Shown here one piece after another: positions 27,001 to 36,246 of a stretch of 64,000 bases of DNA; position 1 is the first letter of the stretch; each line of letters opens with the position of its first letter. The position numbers and the translations under genes were made by a program. A model generated the notes under the pieces. That model saw only the letters and a program-made list of their open reading frames with translations, did no database searches and had not been told where the DNA came from. The DNA comes from Bacteroidota bacterium (GTDB taxonomy: Bacteria; Bacteroidota; Bacteroidia; Chitinophagales; Chitinophagaceae): contig JAZKFF010000035.1 in assembly GCA_040386555.1 (NCBI GenBank), positions 50,893 to 114,892 on the forward strand, written 5' to 3'.

Positions 27001-30000
27001 GGCTGCAACCGGTTGTACGGTGCCTACGCACAGGTCTTTAGCACACTGTACGAAGAATGGGTCTGGCTGAGGATCGACGGTAACAACTACTGTTGTAGCG
27101 CAGCCGGTAGAGAAAGTGTAAGCTATGGTAGTTGTGCCATAGTTAACGCCTGTAACAAGACCTGCCGCATCGATGGTTGCAACTGATGGATCACTGCTGC
27201 TCCATGTGCCGCCGGTAGAGGTGGTAGCTAGGAGCGTAGTATTGCCGAGGCCGCAGATAAGCAGGGTGCCTGTTATAGGGTCAGGGATCGGTAGTACATC
27301 TACTGTGCAATGGGCGGTGCCAGTGCAGCCAGCAGGTGTAGTAACTGTGTAGTGGATCACCACCAGGCCGGGGGCTCCGCCTGTTATCATAGCTGATGTT
27401 GATGAAGTAGGGGTTATAACAGCGATAGTGCCACCGGTAAGCGTAGTCCATGTCCACGATGTTGTGAATGGACCGCCAGAGTAGCCGGGCGTTGCAAACA
27501 CGGGATAAGAACTGCCAGAGCACACGGTAGGTGCGCACTGTATGAAGGCTGGCTTAGGCGTTGGATTTACAACGACATTTACGGTGCCTGTAGTGCTGCA
27601 GCCGAAGCTATTTGTGATGGTCAGCGTATACGTGCCGGCCATTCCTGCGCCTGCTGGTGCCATTAAAGGATTTGCATCGGTAGATGTAAAGCCGAGCGGA
27701 CCACTCCATGAATAGGTGTCTCCCGGAATTGATGCGGGTGGAATGGTACCGGTACCTGTATTCCAGAACAGCGCCCAGGGTTCTCCCTCGCAAAGCGGCG
27801 ATGGGCTAAGCGTAGGTGTAAACACCGGCGCAGGGTTTACGGACACAACGACAGTGGCAGTTGTAGGGCATCCGTTTGCGGTAGCAGTTGTTGTGTAAGT
27901 CTGCGTAATAGCCGGGAATACAACCGTGCTTGCAGAAGTAGGCGTAGTGCCACCAGGCGTCCACAGCCATGTGACAGTGCCGCTTCCAACGGTTGCAGTT
28001 GCAGAAAGGGTAGATGGATCACCGGGGCAAATGACAGCAGGAGCTGCAGTTATAGAGGTGATCACCGGCACCTCGCGTACTGTAGCGACAACGGTATGCG
28101 TAGTGCTGCAGCCAAAGCTGTTGGTAACTGTGAGCGTGTATGTGCCTGACATTGCCAGGGTGGCAGGAGACAGTACCGGATTTGGTATTGCCGATATGAA
28201 GCCGCCGGGGCCGCTCCATGCATAAGTGCATCCGGAACATGCCGGGCCTGATGTGGTAAGAGCAAGCGTGCCGCCTTCGCAAGGGCTGCTGGCTGTAACC
28301 GTAAATACCGGCAAGGGATTTACAGATACCGTTGTAGATACGCGGGTGCTGCAAGGCACTGTTGAAGATACTTGCACGGTATAAGTAGTAGTTACTGTAG
28401 GGCAAACCACAGTGCTGATGCAGGTAGGGCAAGAGCCGCCACCCGGTGTCCATACATAGCTTAATGGGCCTGCACCGCTGAATGTAGGGTTGGCCGTTAG
28501 CGTATAGCAACCGCCGGCGCAGAGCACTGCTGCAGGTGCTGTAGCTATTGTAGCTGTTGGTGTAGCATTTACAGTAACTGTTGCTGTGCCGCGGCACCCT
28601 GTAGTAGCTGTGTAAGTAATAATGCTTGTTCCTGCAAGCACACCAAATACATCGCCCTTGTTAGGTGGTACGGATGTGACGGTTGCAATGCCCGGTACGC
28701 TGCTGCTCCAGGTGCCGCCAGATACACTACCTGTAAGGGTGGTATGCAGGCCCTGGCAAACAGAGAGGGTGCCGGTAATTGTAGGGTTCGGATTGACAAC
28801 TGCATTTACAGTCATTGTAGTGGTACACCCTGCAGCGTTAGTTGCTGTGACAGTGTAGATGCCCGCCATTGCTAATGTTGCCGGTGATCTTGAAGGATTA
28901 GGCAGGATAGATGTAAAGCCACCCGGGCCGCTCCATGCATAAGAAGTACAGCCTGCGCAGCCGGTGATACCGAAGTTGAGCGAGCCATTTACGCAAGGTG
29001 TATTAACAGTAGGCGTAAATACCGGCCTGGCGTTAACAGTAACGATAATGCTGGCAAAGCAGCCCGTAGACAAAGTATAGCTTATAGTCGCTGTACCGGG
29101 GAGGATACCGGTTACAATGCCAGTGTTGGAGCCGACCGTAGCAATGCCTGTAGCGCTGCTGGTCCATGTGCCGCCTGTAGTTGTTTCCCAAAGAATAATT
29201 GTTTGCCCCTGGCAAACAGCAAAAGGCCCGCCTCCGGCCCTGGTAATAGGGGCAGGTACGGGATTTACGGTCATCGGATGAAGAACGGTACGGCCGCAAG
29301 GGTCGGTATAGGTTATGGTTGTAACGCCAGTGGCTACTCCGGTCACTATGCCTGTTGTCAATCCAACCGATGCTATGGCAGAGTTCGCGCTTGACCATGT
29401 ACCTCCGGGAGGAGTGCCTGTCAGCGGAGTGGTTTTGCCTACACAAACCTTTGTAGCGCCGCTGGTGGCGGGCATAACACATGCAGAAGTTGCACATGCT
29501 GTAGTGCTTTCCGCTATTAGGAAAGGTCCTGCAGGGGTGGTTATATTTCCCCATACGCTTAATCCTGATGGGTTGCCACCAGCCCAGGCGTGGTTCCAGT
29601 TAACTACTGTAACATTGATAGTGTAAGTGCCGGTGCATAGTGCGCGAGTGGTGTTTATGGGTCCGGCAAAATTAGTGTGATAATCATTTGCTTCAATAGC
29701 TGGCTGGCTGTAGAATGATGGACCGCCATTTATGTTTATGCTTTCAATGTAGTTATCTGCGGCAACATTGAGTGAAAAATTAACGTTGGTACAACCGCAA
29801 ACGCGAAAGGTGCGGCTAATCGTCATTTTGTATTTGTCTATCGGAGTGGCGGATCCGTCAGTGTTATAGAAGTTCGAATTCAACGCACTGACCCAGCCGC
29901 CAAGCCCGCCTGGGGTAGCGGCGTAAGCGCCACCTCCTACAGGCATAATGACGTTTGCATTGTTGCCTACAGTTACGGGTGTGAACCCTGATGCCCATGC

Positions 30001-30279
30001 TGCTGTGGTAAGCGCTGGAGACTCGAATGTAACGCGCCACATGGGGTCTATGACCGTGATGCCATTAGCGCCGGGCGCACCTACTGCAGCATTGGTCAGC
30101 GGGTTGTAGCCAGTGTTGATAACAAGGTTGTTTGTAAGACAACATTGGGCAAATGAATTGTTAGTAAAGAATGTACATGAAAAAAGGAGGAAAAGTAGAA
30201 ATTGACGATACCATGGTGAAAGGGTACTGGCCAAAACAGGGCCAGTATCTGTTTGCTTCAATTGTGTGAGATGTTTCAT
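24058..30279 (-). CDS. 2073-aa T9SS-secreted Cys-rich protein with a lectin-like head and an Ig-like repeat stalk
   Basis: Signal peptide; ~250-aa N-terminal beta domain; alternating GGTWSSS and FFVQCA modules; C-terminal IVPNPNNGVF...DMLGKTIY...ANGVYIVRV sorting domain. Confidence 0.9.
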   Translation of the reverse strand: MKHLTQLKQTDTGPVLASTLSPWYRQFLLFLLFSCTFFTNNSFAQCCLTNNLVINTGYNPLTNAAVGAPGANGITVIDPMWRVTFESPALTTAAWASGFTPVTVGNNANVIMPVGGGAYAATPGGLGGWVSALNSNFYNTDGSATPIDKYKMTISRTFRVCGCTNVNFSLNVAADNYIESININGGPSFYSQPAIEANDYHTNFAGPINTTRALCTGTYTINVTVVNWNHAWAGGNPSGLSVWGNITTPAGPFLIAESTTACATSACVMPATSGATKVCVGKTTPLTGTPPGGTWSSANSAIASVGLTTGIVTGVATGVTTITYTDPCGRTVLHPMTVNPVPAPITRAGGGPFAVCQGQTIILWETTTGGTWTSSATGIATVGSNTGIVTGILPGTATISYTLSTGCFASIIVTVNARPVFTPTVNTPCVNGSLNFGITGCAGCTSYAWSGPGGFTSILPNPSRSPATLAMAGIYTVTATNAAGCTTTMTVNAVVNPNPTITGTLSVCQGLHTTLTGSVSGGTWSSSVPGIATVTSVPPNKGDVFGVLAGTSIITYTATTGCRGTATVTVNATPTATIATAPAAVLCAGGCYTLTANPTFSGAGPLSYVWTPGGGSCPTCISTVVCPTVTTTYTVQVSSTVPCSTRVSTTVSVNPLPVFTVTASSPCEGGTLALTTSGPACSGCTYAWSGPGGFISAIPNPVLSPATLAMSGTYTLTVTNSFGCSTTHTVVATVREVPVITSITAAPAVICPGDPSTLSATATVGSGTVTWLWTPGGTTPTSASTVVFPAITQTYTTTATANGCPTTATVVVSVNPAPVFTPTLSPSPLCEGEPWALFWNTGTGTIPPASIPGDTYSWSGPLGFTSTDANPLMAPAGAGMAGTYTLTITNSFGCSTTGTVNVVVNPTPKPAFIQCAPTVCSGSSYPVFATPGYSGGPFTTSWTWTTLTGGTIAVITPTSSTSAMITGGAPGLVVIHYTVTTPAGCTGTAHCTVDVLPIPDPITGTLLICGLGNTTLLATTSTGGTWSSSDPSVATIDAAGLVTGVNYGTTTIAYTFSTGCATTVVVTVDPQPDPFFVQCAKDLCVGTVQPVAASAGVVFGPYTTSWSISPLSVATITGSGTIGMVTAVSAGTAVITFTVTTPGGCTASTFCTVTVYPNPGPITGTLSVCVGNTTTLGNSVPGGTWSSSDPLVASIDAAGVVTGISTGTAIITYTIGRLCAITATVNVNPTPRPVFVQCAGDICVGSSQPVFANPGVGGAFIATWSWSAVSGTPIISITSSTPTSAMITGVSAGVVVITYTVTTPAGCVGHAYCTVNINPVPDPITGSLLICGVGNTTLLSTTSIGGAWGSSDPSVATVDAAGLVTGVGYGTAIISYAFSTGCNTSVVVTVDPQPDPFFVQCAKDLCVGTVQPVAASAGVVFGPYTTSWSISPLSVATITGSGTIGMVTAVSAGTAVITFTVTTPGGCTASTFCTVTVYPNPGPIGGILTVCVGATTTLTNPVPGGVWSSGDPMVAAIDPVSGIVTGVAPGTAIITYTIGGLCAITATVTVNDSPSPYFVQCASDICSGNSHPIFANPGYTGGPFTPSWSWSVLSGAPVITIIPSTGTSAMITATGSGVAIITYTITTPAGCVGHAYCTVNVNPTPAPITGSLVVCQGATTLLSNPTPGGVWASTNPAVATVNAFGLVTGVSGGTAIITYGLTSANGVTCAVSVVITVHPSPAPFFVQCAADICAGTTNMVVASPGTGTFSGWSTSGPGITLSSPTPTSVMVTGVTPGVHTLTYTSVSSLGCVGHAYCTITVHAAPAAIVGPSTVCEGSSIVLSSATPGGTWTSSDPTIATVDPFGVVTGVSGGGVWIIYSLGGTLAACDAGFYVTVIPRATACVTYVWQPGCSCFEYVFTGTAGATVHFIKYDCFGGTSVGTVVLDFSGNATILTTSADCSLCITTIDYMGCTWPCLCPAGGCCTTLPPHKPGSADASPLVVTAKEAELTIVPNPNNGVFSLQGYIPGLAENTNVDIELVDMLGKTIYTGTTPVANGALNKTIILGDNIANGVYIVRVKATGVSEVVRFSLNR

Positions 30280-30477
30280 GGTTTTTAAATTTTAATGATG
30301 GTGAAAAAGTTAGGTAGTGCTTAACGGACTATTGTTGGTGAGCGGCCCGCTGGTGGCCGGTTTAGCCTGCACGGGCTGCGGGAAATGTGTGTTCCATTTT
30401 TTGCGGTTTTAAAGGTGAGGAAATAGAGTTTTGTTCTTTTTGGGACGGCTACAAGCCGCACGTTATTGTTGATAGTG

Positions 30478-30567
30478 CAAAGTACTATAGGCATGAACCG
30501 ATAATTTTGCAAGCCCGACAAACGGTAGGAATTGGCGCCTGAAATGCAGGTAATATCAGACGAGAAG
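30478..30567 (-). promoter_or_regulatory. Promoter of the 2073-aa gene with LytTR-type boxes (site B)
   Basis: Minus-strand ACCGTTTGTC (30517-30526) resembles the LytTR protein AlgR consensus ACCGTTCGTC; TGAAATGCA and CAGACGAG boxes have the same spacing as site A; imperfect -7 box TACTTTG at 30478-30484. Confidence 0.65.
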
Positions 30568-30644
30568 AAGATGGCGATTGAAACACACGCGCTTAAAGCG
30601 CTACTGCAAAGCAGTTAACGCACGCAAATAGAAAGGTCATTTGA

Positions 30645-31373
30645 TTATTTATTGAAGCGCTCCAGAAATTCGCTTTTTATGCTCCGGGCGACCGGTATCT
30701 CCTGCTTGTTGGACATGATAAGCAGGCCTGATGTTTCGTAGCGGAGAATGCTGTTGAGGTTGACGATATAGGACCTGTGTACCTGGAAGAAGGAATGCGG
30801 CTCCACAAGCGGCTTGAACTTGCCGAGGTAATTGGAGCTGATGTATTCAGTTTTGCCCGTCACGATCTTAGTGCACTTATTTGTGCTTTCGAGGTAGAGG
30901 ATGTCTGAAACTTTTACATAGTCTATGCCATGCTTGTTTGGAATGCCTATTTTGTCGCTAATACTTGCAGGCGCCGGGCTGGTTTGCCGTGCCAGGCGCT
31001 TGTTGTCGATGCGCGCTGTTGCTTTATTTATCGCTAACGAAAGTTGTGCGTCATCAATAGGCTTCAGTATATACCCGGACGCTGAAAATGAGAATGCGTC
31101 AAGAGCATAGTTGTCGTGGGCGGTAACAAAAATAATTTCCGAATCGAGGCTGGGCAGCAGTTTCAAGAGGTCAATGCCGTTTTTTCCCGGCATAGAGATA
31201 TCCATGAACAGCAGGTCGCATGGCTGTGCTCTAAGGGCTTCCAGTGCATCTCCCCAGAAAGAGTACGTTGCAGTGACGGTTATATTCTTATACAGGTAAG
31301 CCAGCCGGCTGGTGAGCAGCTCTATTGCATCCTGTTCGTCATCTACAATTATGCAGCTGTAGTTATTTGTCAT
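30645..31373 (-). CDS. LytTR family response regulator
   Basis: CIIVDDE...LLFMDISMPGKNG...FVTAHD...YILKP; C-terminal FFQVHRSYIVNL. Confidence 0.95.
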   Translation of the reverse strand: MTNNYSCIIVDDEQDAIELLTSRLAYLYKNITVTATYSFWGDALEALRAQPCDLLFMDISMPGKNGIDLLKLLPSLDSEIIFVTAHDNYALDAFSFSASGYILKPIDDAQLSLAINKATARIDNKRLARQTSPAPASISDKIGIPNKHGIDYVKVSDILYLESTNKCTKIVTGKTEYISSNYLGKFKPLVEPHSFFQVHRSYIVNLNSILRYETSGLLIMSNKQEIPVARSIKSEFLERFNK

Positions 31374-34332
31374 AGCGCAAGTTCTTGATGTGTATGGTTA
31401 CCACCGTGCCTGTATCGGGTTCGTCTTTGTCGAAGTAGGTTATATTGATGTTCATTTGCTCATACTTGTTAAAAATACTAACCAAATCCCTGATTAGCAA
31501 GTCTCCGTATGAAGCATCCTTTATATTGGCCTCACTGGCGAGCAGTTGCGCGTTTTTACGTCCTATTCCATTATCAGCTACCGTGCAGGTCATTTCATTG
31601 CGGTCCAGGTGGATATCGAAGGCGATACTGAGCAGGCCGCTATCCCTCCTGGGCAGTATGCCATGATTTATTGCATTCTCCACAAATGGCTGAAGCAACA
31701 GGGACGGTATCATGATCTGCTTCAGGTCGATGGATGTGTCGTAGTCAATCCGGTATTCAAATTTGTTCTTGAAGCGTGTCTGCTGTAGCTCTATATAGTC
31801 TTCGAGGTTGCTGATCTCCTCGGCGATGGATATAAGCTTGTTTCTCGATGACTTCAGATAGCTGCGCAGCAGGCGGGAGAATTTAGAGATGTGCGCATAA
31901 GCCTCTTCCATTTTTTGCTTGCTCACAAGCAGCAATGCTGAGTTGAGTGTGTTGAAAATGAAATGAGGGTTTATCTGAGCGTAAACCGCTTTGAGCTCGA
32001 GCTCCATGCGCATGTTCTTTCGCTTAGTGGCGTCGAGTACCAGTCGTATGATGATGAGCACTATCACGGTGAGGAATATAAGCGCGCCGGCAACCACAAG
32101 CATAGTGAACCACCATTTGGCCCAGTATGGCGGGGAAATCGTCATTTTGAAGCTCACAGGATCTGAGAATTCGCTGGAAAGCGTGCGGGCCCGTATTTTA
32201 ACGGTATACTCGCCATAGCCGGGGTTGACGAGGGTTATCTCTTCTCCTGTGAGGTCGATCCAGCGGAAGGCGTCAGTTTTTGAAACGGCGTATTGGTAGC
32301 GCACATCTTTGCTGCTGAATGAAAGAGCGGCAAAAGAGATTTTTAAATTTTTAGACTCCTTGAACGGCAGTTCTATTTCGCTTTGTACCGGATATATCTT
32401 CCGCACAGTTCTCAGCTGCGAAAAGACCAGCACTGGTGGGTCTATGGTTTGCAGCAGGGTTTTTATATCAATTGCCGTCACCGATCCGTTCTTTAAAAAA
32501 TAGCAGTGTGTGCCATCGGAGCATATGGATTCGGCATTAAGCGGCACAAATGGGTTTTCGAGAATCGCAAGATGTTTTTTTGGAACGCCGGCAGAAGGAT
32601 ATAGGGATAATACGCGGTAGGAGTTGTTAGTGCTGATGAGCAGGTGGGTAGTATCGAGCTGGTAGAATTTTTCCCAAATGCAATTCTGGCCGGTGACCGA
32701 GTCTTTGAAAACAGTTTTATCAACCAGGTTACAGACGAGCAGTTTGTTGTCGAAGGTGTAGCCTACAAGGTAGTTGCCGATAAAGCAAAAAACCTTGAAG
32801 GTTATATTTTTAAGCGGTGGTTGTTCGGTCTCAATGCCAGATTCGATTGCGAATAGATTTGTTATCGTGGAGTACCAGGGTGTGCCGGAGTCATTATGAG
32901 TGAGCCAGAAGATACGCTCTGTATTTTTTGGAGCACGTGGTATGGAGAGAGCTCGGTCAGGCGTATTAACAACGTCGGGAACAGGCTGCACGACTACACC
33001 AGTTATACACCTTACAAAGAGGTTGCCAGAGGCGATGACTGCAGTCTTGGCGCCCTCGTATTGCTTTGTTTTCCTGCTTGTGATACGCGCATGGTTCCGG
33101 CGAATATCAGGCGTGCCTGATACCTCCCTATTGTAAAAATTGAAGAAGGAGTAATCCTTACCGATAACGAAGCATGGCTCAAAAGCGTTTTTGTTAAAAG
33201 GCGGTAGTGCCAGCGGCAACGCTTTTACTTTGTTATCGCTGACGCTGTACAGCCGATTGCGGTTGGTGCCGAAATATACATGTCCGGGGTCGGCATAGCT
33301 GTATACTGCCTTGCCATCGTAGACGTTTCTATACAGTTTGCCGTTGAAGATATTTTTGCCAAGGCAGTATACGCCGTCTGTCAAGGTACTCACCCAATAA
33401 TTACCACTGATATCCCTTGTAATAGCCGATACCGCTATACCTTTTAGTATGTGAATAGAGTCGTTAATGATGAGCCCGTTAGTAGTGCCGAAAAAAGTAG
33501 TATTGCCATCCTTGAATATTTGCAGCAGGGTGAAATTTTCATGGAAGTGAGGAGGGAACAGAAACAGGTCGGTCTTGCCGGCCTCCCAAAAACATTCAAG
33601 GTTAAACAGGTATTCCTGGTTTTGGGAAGAAGAGAAAATGCGGTATTCCCGCCCCGCCATTTTTTGAATAATGTTGAGCAGTGTATCAGTAATTATTACC
33701 TGCTTGTTTGTGGTAAGCTCGTATCTGTCGGGAGCTATTTTTCGTTTATAGATATAGGCGCCCAGGGAATTGTTGATCTGCGGGCCGGCATCGCGGACGA
33801 TCAGGCGGTCATTCTTGATCTCAATGAATCTTTTGGGTGCAGGGTAATTTATAAGAATACTGCTGTCAAACTCTACTGTAATGTGCTTGACATAGGACAT
33901 TTTGAACGGAAGGCGGAGAAATGGGGTATTGCGTGCGGTGTGGAATGAATCATTTTTGAAATAACAAAGGTCGCCATTGTAAGTACCCAGCCACAGCCGC
34001 TGATTTTTATCTTCCTGTACAAAGAACACTTCGTTATCGGCCATTCCGTCGAACGTAGTAAAAGTTTCGAAGTGCTGGCTGCTGTAGCGCGCAACGCCTT
34101 TGTCTGTAGAAAACCATAGATGGCCTGAACTGGAACGGTAGACCTGGTAAACGGTGTTACTTGGTAAGCCGTTTTCGGTGGTATAATGCAGCATTGGCAC
34201 CTCCTGGCCGCTAACGCCATAAGCCAAAAAAATGGTGCAGAGCGCTATAAGCGCGCAAAACGTCATTTTAGTTATTCGTGAATGGTATGTAGGGCTAAGG
34301 AATAGCGCCATTTGTGGGGATAGTAAATACAC
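31363..34332 (-). CDS. LytS-type sensor histidine kinase with a periplasmic beta-propeller/Y_Y_Y region
   Basis: YTTENGLPSNTVY, LWFSTDKGV and TTFDGMADNEV propeller repeats; YGEYTVKIRA; TM helix; QINPHFIFNTLNS; LLQPFVENAINHG; DNGIG; start uncertain (34311 or 34266). Confidence 0.92.
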   Translation of the reverse strand: MYLLSPQMALFLSPTYHSRITKMTFCALIALCTIFLAYGVSGQEVPMLHYTTENGLPSNTVYQVYRSSSGHLWFSTDKGVARYSSQHFETFTTFDGMADNEVFFVQEDKNQRLWLGTYNGDLCYFKNDSFHTARNTPFLRLPFKMSYVKHITVEFDSSILINYPAPKRFIEIKNDRLIVRDAGPQINNSLGAYIYKRKIAPDRYELTTNKQVIITDTLLNIIQKMAGREYRIFSSSQNQEYLFNLECFWEAGKTDLFLFPPHFHENFTLLQIFKDGNTTFFGTTNGLIINDSIHILKGIAVSAITRDISGNYWVSTLTDGVYCLGKNIFNGKLYRNVYDGKAVYSYADPGHVYFGTNRNRLYSVSDNKVKALPLALPPFNKNAFEPCFVIGKDYSFFNFYNREVSGTPDIRRNHARITSRKTKQYEGAKTAVIASGNLFVRCITGVVVQPVPDVVNTPDRALSIPRAPKNTERIFWLTHNDSGTPWYSTITNLFAIESGIETEQPPLKNITFKVFCFIGNYLVGYTFDNKLLVCNLVDKTVFKDSVTGQNCIWEKFYQLDTTHLLISTNNSYRVLSLYPSAGVPKKHLAILENPFVPLNAESICSDGTHCYFLKNGSVTAIDIKTLLQTIDPPVLVFSQLRTVRKIYPVQSEIELPFKESKNLKISFAALSFSSKDVRYQYAVSKTDAFRWIDLTGEEITLVNPGYGEYTVKIRARTLSSEFSDPVSFKMTISPPYWAKWWFTMLVVAGALIFLTVIVLIIIRLVLDATKRKNMRMELELKAVYAQINPHFIFNTLNSALLLVSKQKMEEAYAHISKFSRLLRSYLKSSRNKLISIAEEISNLEDYIELQQTRFKNKFEYRIDYDTSIDLKQIMIPSLLLQPFVENAINHGILPRRDSGLLSIAFDIHLDRNEMTCTVADNGIGRKNAQLLASEANIKDASYGDLLIRDLVSIFNKYEQMNINITYFDKDEPDTGTVVTIHIKNLRYDK

Positions 34333-34421
34333 CTTGGGATCAGGGTGTAAAATATCAAATAATTTCGATATTGTATTTTATTGTTTATTGCCGAAAATGG
34401 CAAAGAAGAGAAAGAAAAAAA

Positions 34422-34519
34422 CCGGCAAGTTACTCACATCGCACCGCTACAACCGCCCGCCCTTGCTACATTCCTGTCCTGGGGGATTCAGCAGGAGCTG
34501 GCCGTATAAGACTTGCCGG
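34422..34519 (-). ncRNA. ffs: Small SRP RNA (4.5S)
   Basis: Minus strand has CAGG-ACA-GGAA-TGT-AGCA (helix 8 with GNRA loop); terminal stem CCGGCAAGT/ACTTGCCGG; -7 box TACCTTTG at 34524-34531, TTTG at 34550-34553; T-tract after the 3' end. Confidence 0.85.
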
Positions 34520-34565
34520 GGCGCAAAGGTAGCGAAAGTTTTGGTTTGGCAAAAACTTTTTAAAA

Positions 34566-34599
34566 GAAAAGAGTACCCGTTTTCGCGGGTACTCTTTTC
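34566..34599 (-). terminator. Terminator of the phosphohexomutase gene
   Basis: GAAAAGAGTACCCG...CGGGTACTCTTTTC stem. Confidence 0.8.
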
Positions 34600-34617
34600 C
34601 GAAATTGGATGAGGATG

Positions 34618-36024
34618 TTATGCCAGTATCGTTCTCTTTACATCTTCGAGTATATCCAGCGTCTCTTCCTTACTGTTTCCTTCGGCATACACACGCAGTA
34701 AAGGCTCTGTGCCGGATGCGCGCAGCATTACCCATCCGCCATTGTCGAGATGGTACTTGATACCATCGATCGTCTCCACGCGGTTGTAGCCATATTTGCC
34801 AAAGCCGGCGTAGCCACCATCTGCGGCCGTTTTAATGATCGATTCTTTTATGGAGTTTTCTATATGCAGGTCGTTGCGCTCGTATACGAAGCCGCCTACT
34901 ATCTCGTAGATCTCATCGCAAAGCTCTTTAAGCGTCTTGCCTGACTTTGTCATAAATTCATACAATGCAAGACCATCGTAAATGCCATCGCGCTCGGGGA
35001 TATGGCCCTTTACCGCTATGCCACCACTTTCTTCGCCACCTACCAGCACATCATCATGCACCATTATTTCGCTGATGTATTTAAAGCCTATCGCGGTGAC
35101 TTCTACCGGGAGGTTATATTTTTCGCAAAGCTTTTTAACGCGGTCCGTTACAGAGAACGCGATCACGACCTTGCCAGTCATTCCCTTGTATTTGTGCAGG
35201 TAATGTATAAGAAGCAAAATGATGTTGTGCGCATCTACAAAGTTGCCGTTCTCGTCATACAGGCCTATGCGATCAGCATCGCCATCTGTGGCGAGGCCTA
35301 TCTTGAGCTCAGGGGTAGTTGCCATAGTATTGGCCAGTTCCTGTAGATTTTTGTCGAGCGGCTCAGGCGCCTGGCCGTGGAAGCCGGGGTTGTCGTCGCA
35401 GTGAATGAGCACAGCATTTGGCAGCAGCCTGCGGATCACATTCTGGCCTGCGCCATACATGGCATCGTAGGCCAGCTTAAATGGGGATTTTGAAAGAGCG
35501 TCAAAATCAAATTTTCCTTTCAGGTATTCAACGTACTGGTCCTCGAGATCGATATACTCGAGCAGGCCTTTGTCCTGCCAGTATGCCAGCGACTGTGCAG
35601 GCATGTCTACCTCTTCAGGTATAAGCGCCTCTACAGCTGCAATATCCTTTGGGCTCGATGGGCCGCCATGGGCGCCTTTCAGCTTATAGCCATTGTATGA
35701 CGGTGGGTTGTGGGATGCAGTGATCACAACACCCTGCTGAGCATTGAGCTTTAGCACCCCAAGGGAGATCATGGGCGTGCTGATAAAACCTTTGGCAAGC
35801 AGCACCTTCACACCATTGGCACATAATACTTTAGCAGCAGTTTCTGCAAACAGCTGTCCGCCAAAGCGGCAATCGTGACCAACCACTACTGTGGGATTGC
35901 TATGCTGAGGCAGCAGCCAATCTGCAAGTCCCTTGCTAACGCGGGCTACATTATACACTGTGAAGTCCTGCGCTATTATAGCCCTCCAGCCATCGGTGCC
36001 AAACTTGATCTTATCAGTTATCAT
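34618..36024 (-). CDS. Phosphoglucomutase/phosphomannomutase family protein
   Basis: FGTDGWR; ITASHNP; DGDADR; GEESGG; RASGTEP. Confidence 0.95.
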   Translation of the reverse strand: MITDKIKFGTDGWRAIIAQDFTVYNVARVSKGLADWLLPQHSNPTVVVGHDCRFGGQLFAETAAKVLCANGVKVLLAKGFISTPMISLGVLKLNAQQGVVITASHNPPSYNGYKLKGAHGGPSSPKDIAAVEALIPEEVDMPAQSLAYWQDKGLLEYIDLEDQYVEYLKGKFDFDALSKSPFKLAYDAMYGAGQNVIRRLLPNAVLIHCDDNPGFHGQAPEPLDKNLQELANTMATTPELKIGLATDGDADRIGLYDENGNFVDAHNIILLLIHYLHKYKGMTGKVVIAFSVTDRVKKLCEKYNLPVEVTAIGFKYISEIMVHDDVLVGGEESGGIAVKGHIPERDGIYDGLALYEFMTKSGKTLKELCDEIYEIVGGFVYERNDLHIENSIKESIIKTAADGGYAGFGKYGYNRVETIDGIKYHLDNGGWVMLRASGTEPLLRVYAEGNSKEETLDILEDVKRTILA

Positions 36025-36085
36025 ACAAGTGATTTTTTAAGAATACGCTCCTGCGTGTACGGTTAATTTTTGTGAAGGCAAATTT

Positions 36086-36246
36086 AGGAAGGATGACCAA
36101 ATAAAAGCCTGCCCATTTGAATGTTCTTTTCCATTTCTGCTTCGTTGCGAAAGTCTTTAAATATCGTGATATTCTCAGATTTCGCGCCTTGCATAAAAGA
36201 AAAATAACTATCCAACTGAGCGGACTTTTATCTGGTCATCCTTCCT
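36086..36246. repeat. 161-bp segment bounded by 22-bp inverted repeats (MITE-like or paired operators)
   Basis: AGGAAGGATGACCAAATAAAAG (36086-36107) versus the reverse complement of 36225-36246, 21/22 identical. Confidence 0.7.

Noticed and set aside
24058-30279. Diversity-generating retroelement behind the internal duplication
   Set aside because: Differences between the copies are few, synonymous and not adenine-specific, and there is no reverse transcriptase in the window.
34232-34612. 126-aa plus-strand ORF
   Set aside because: It overlaps the SRP RNA, its promoter and a terminator; spurious.
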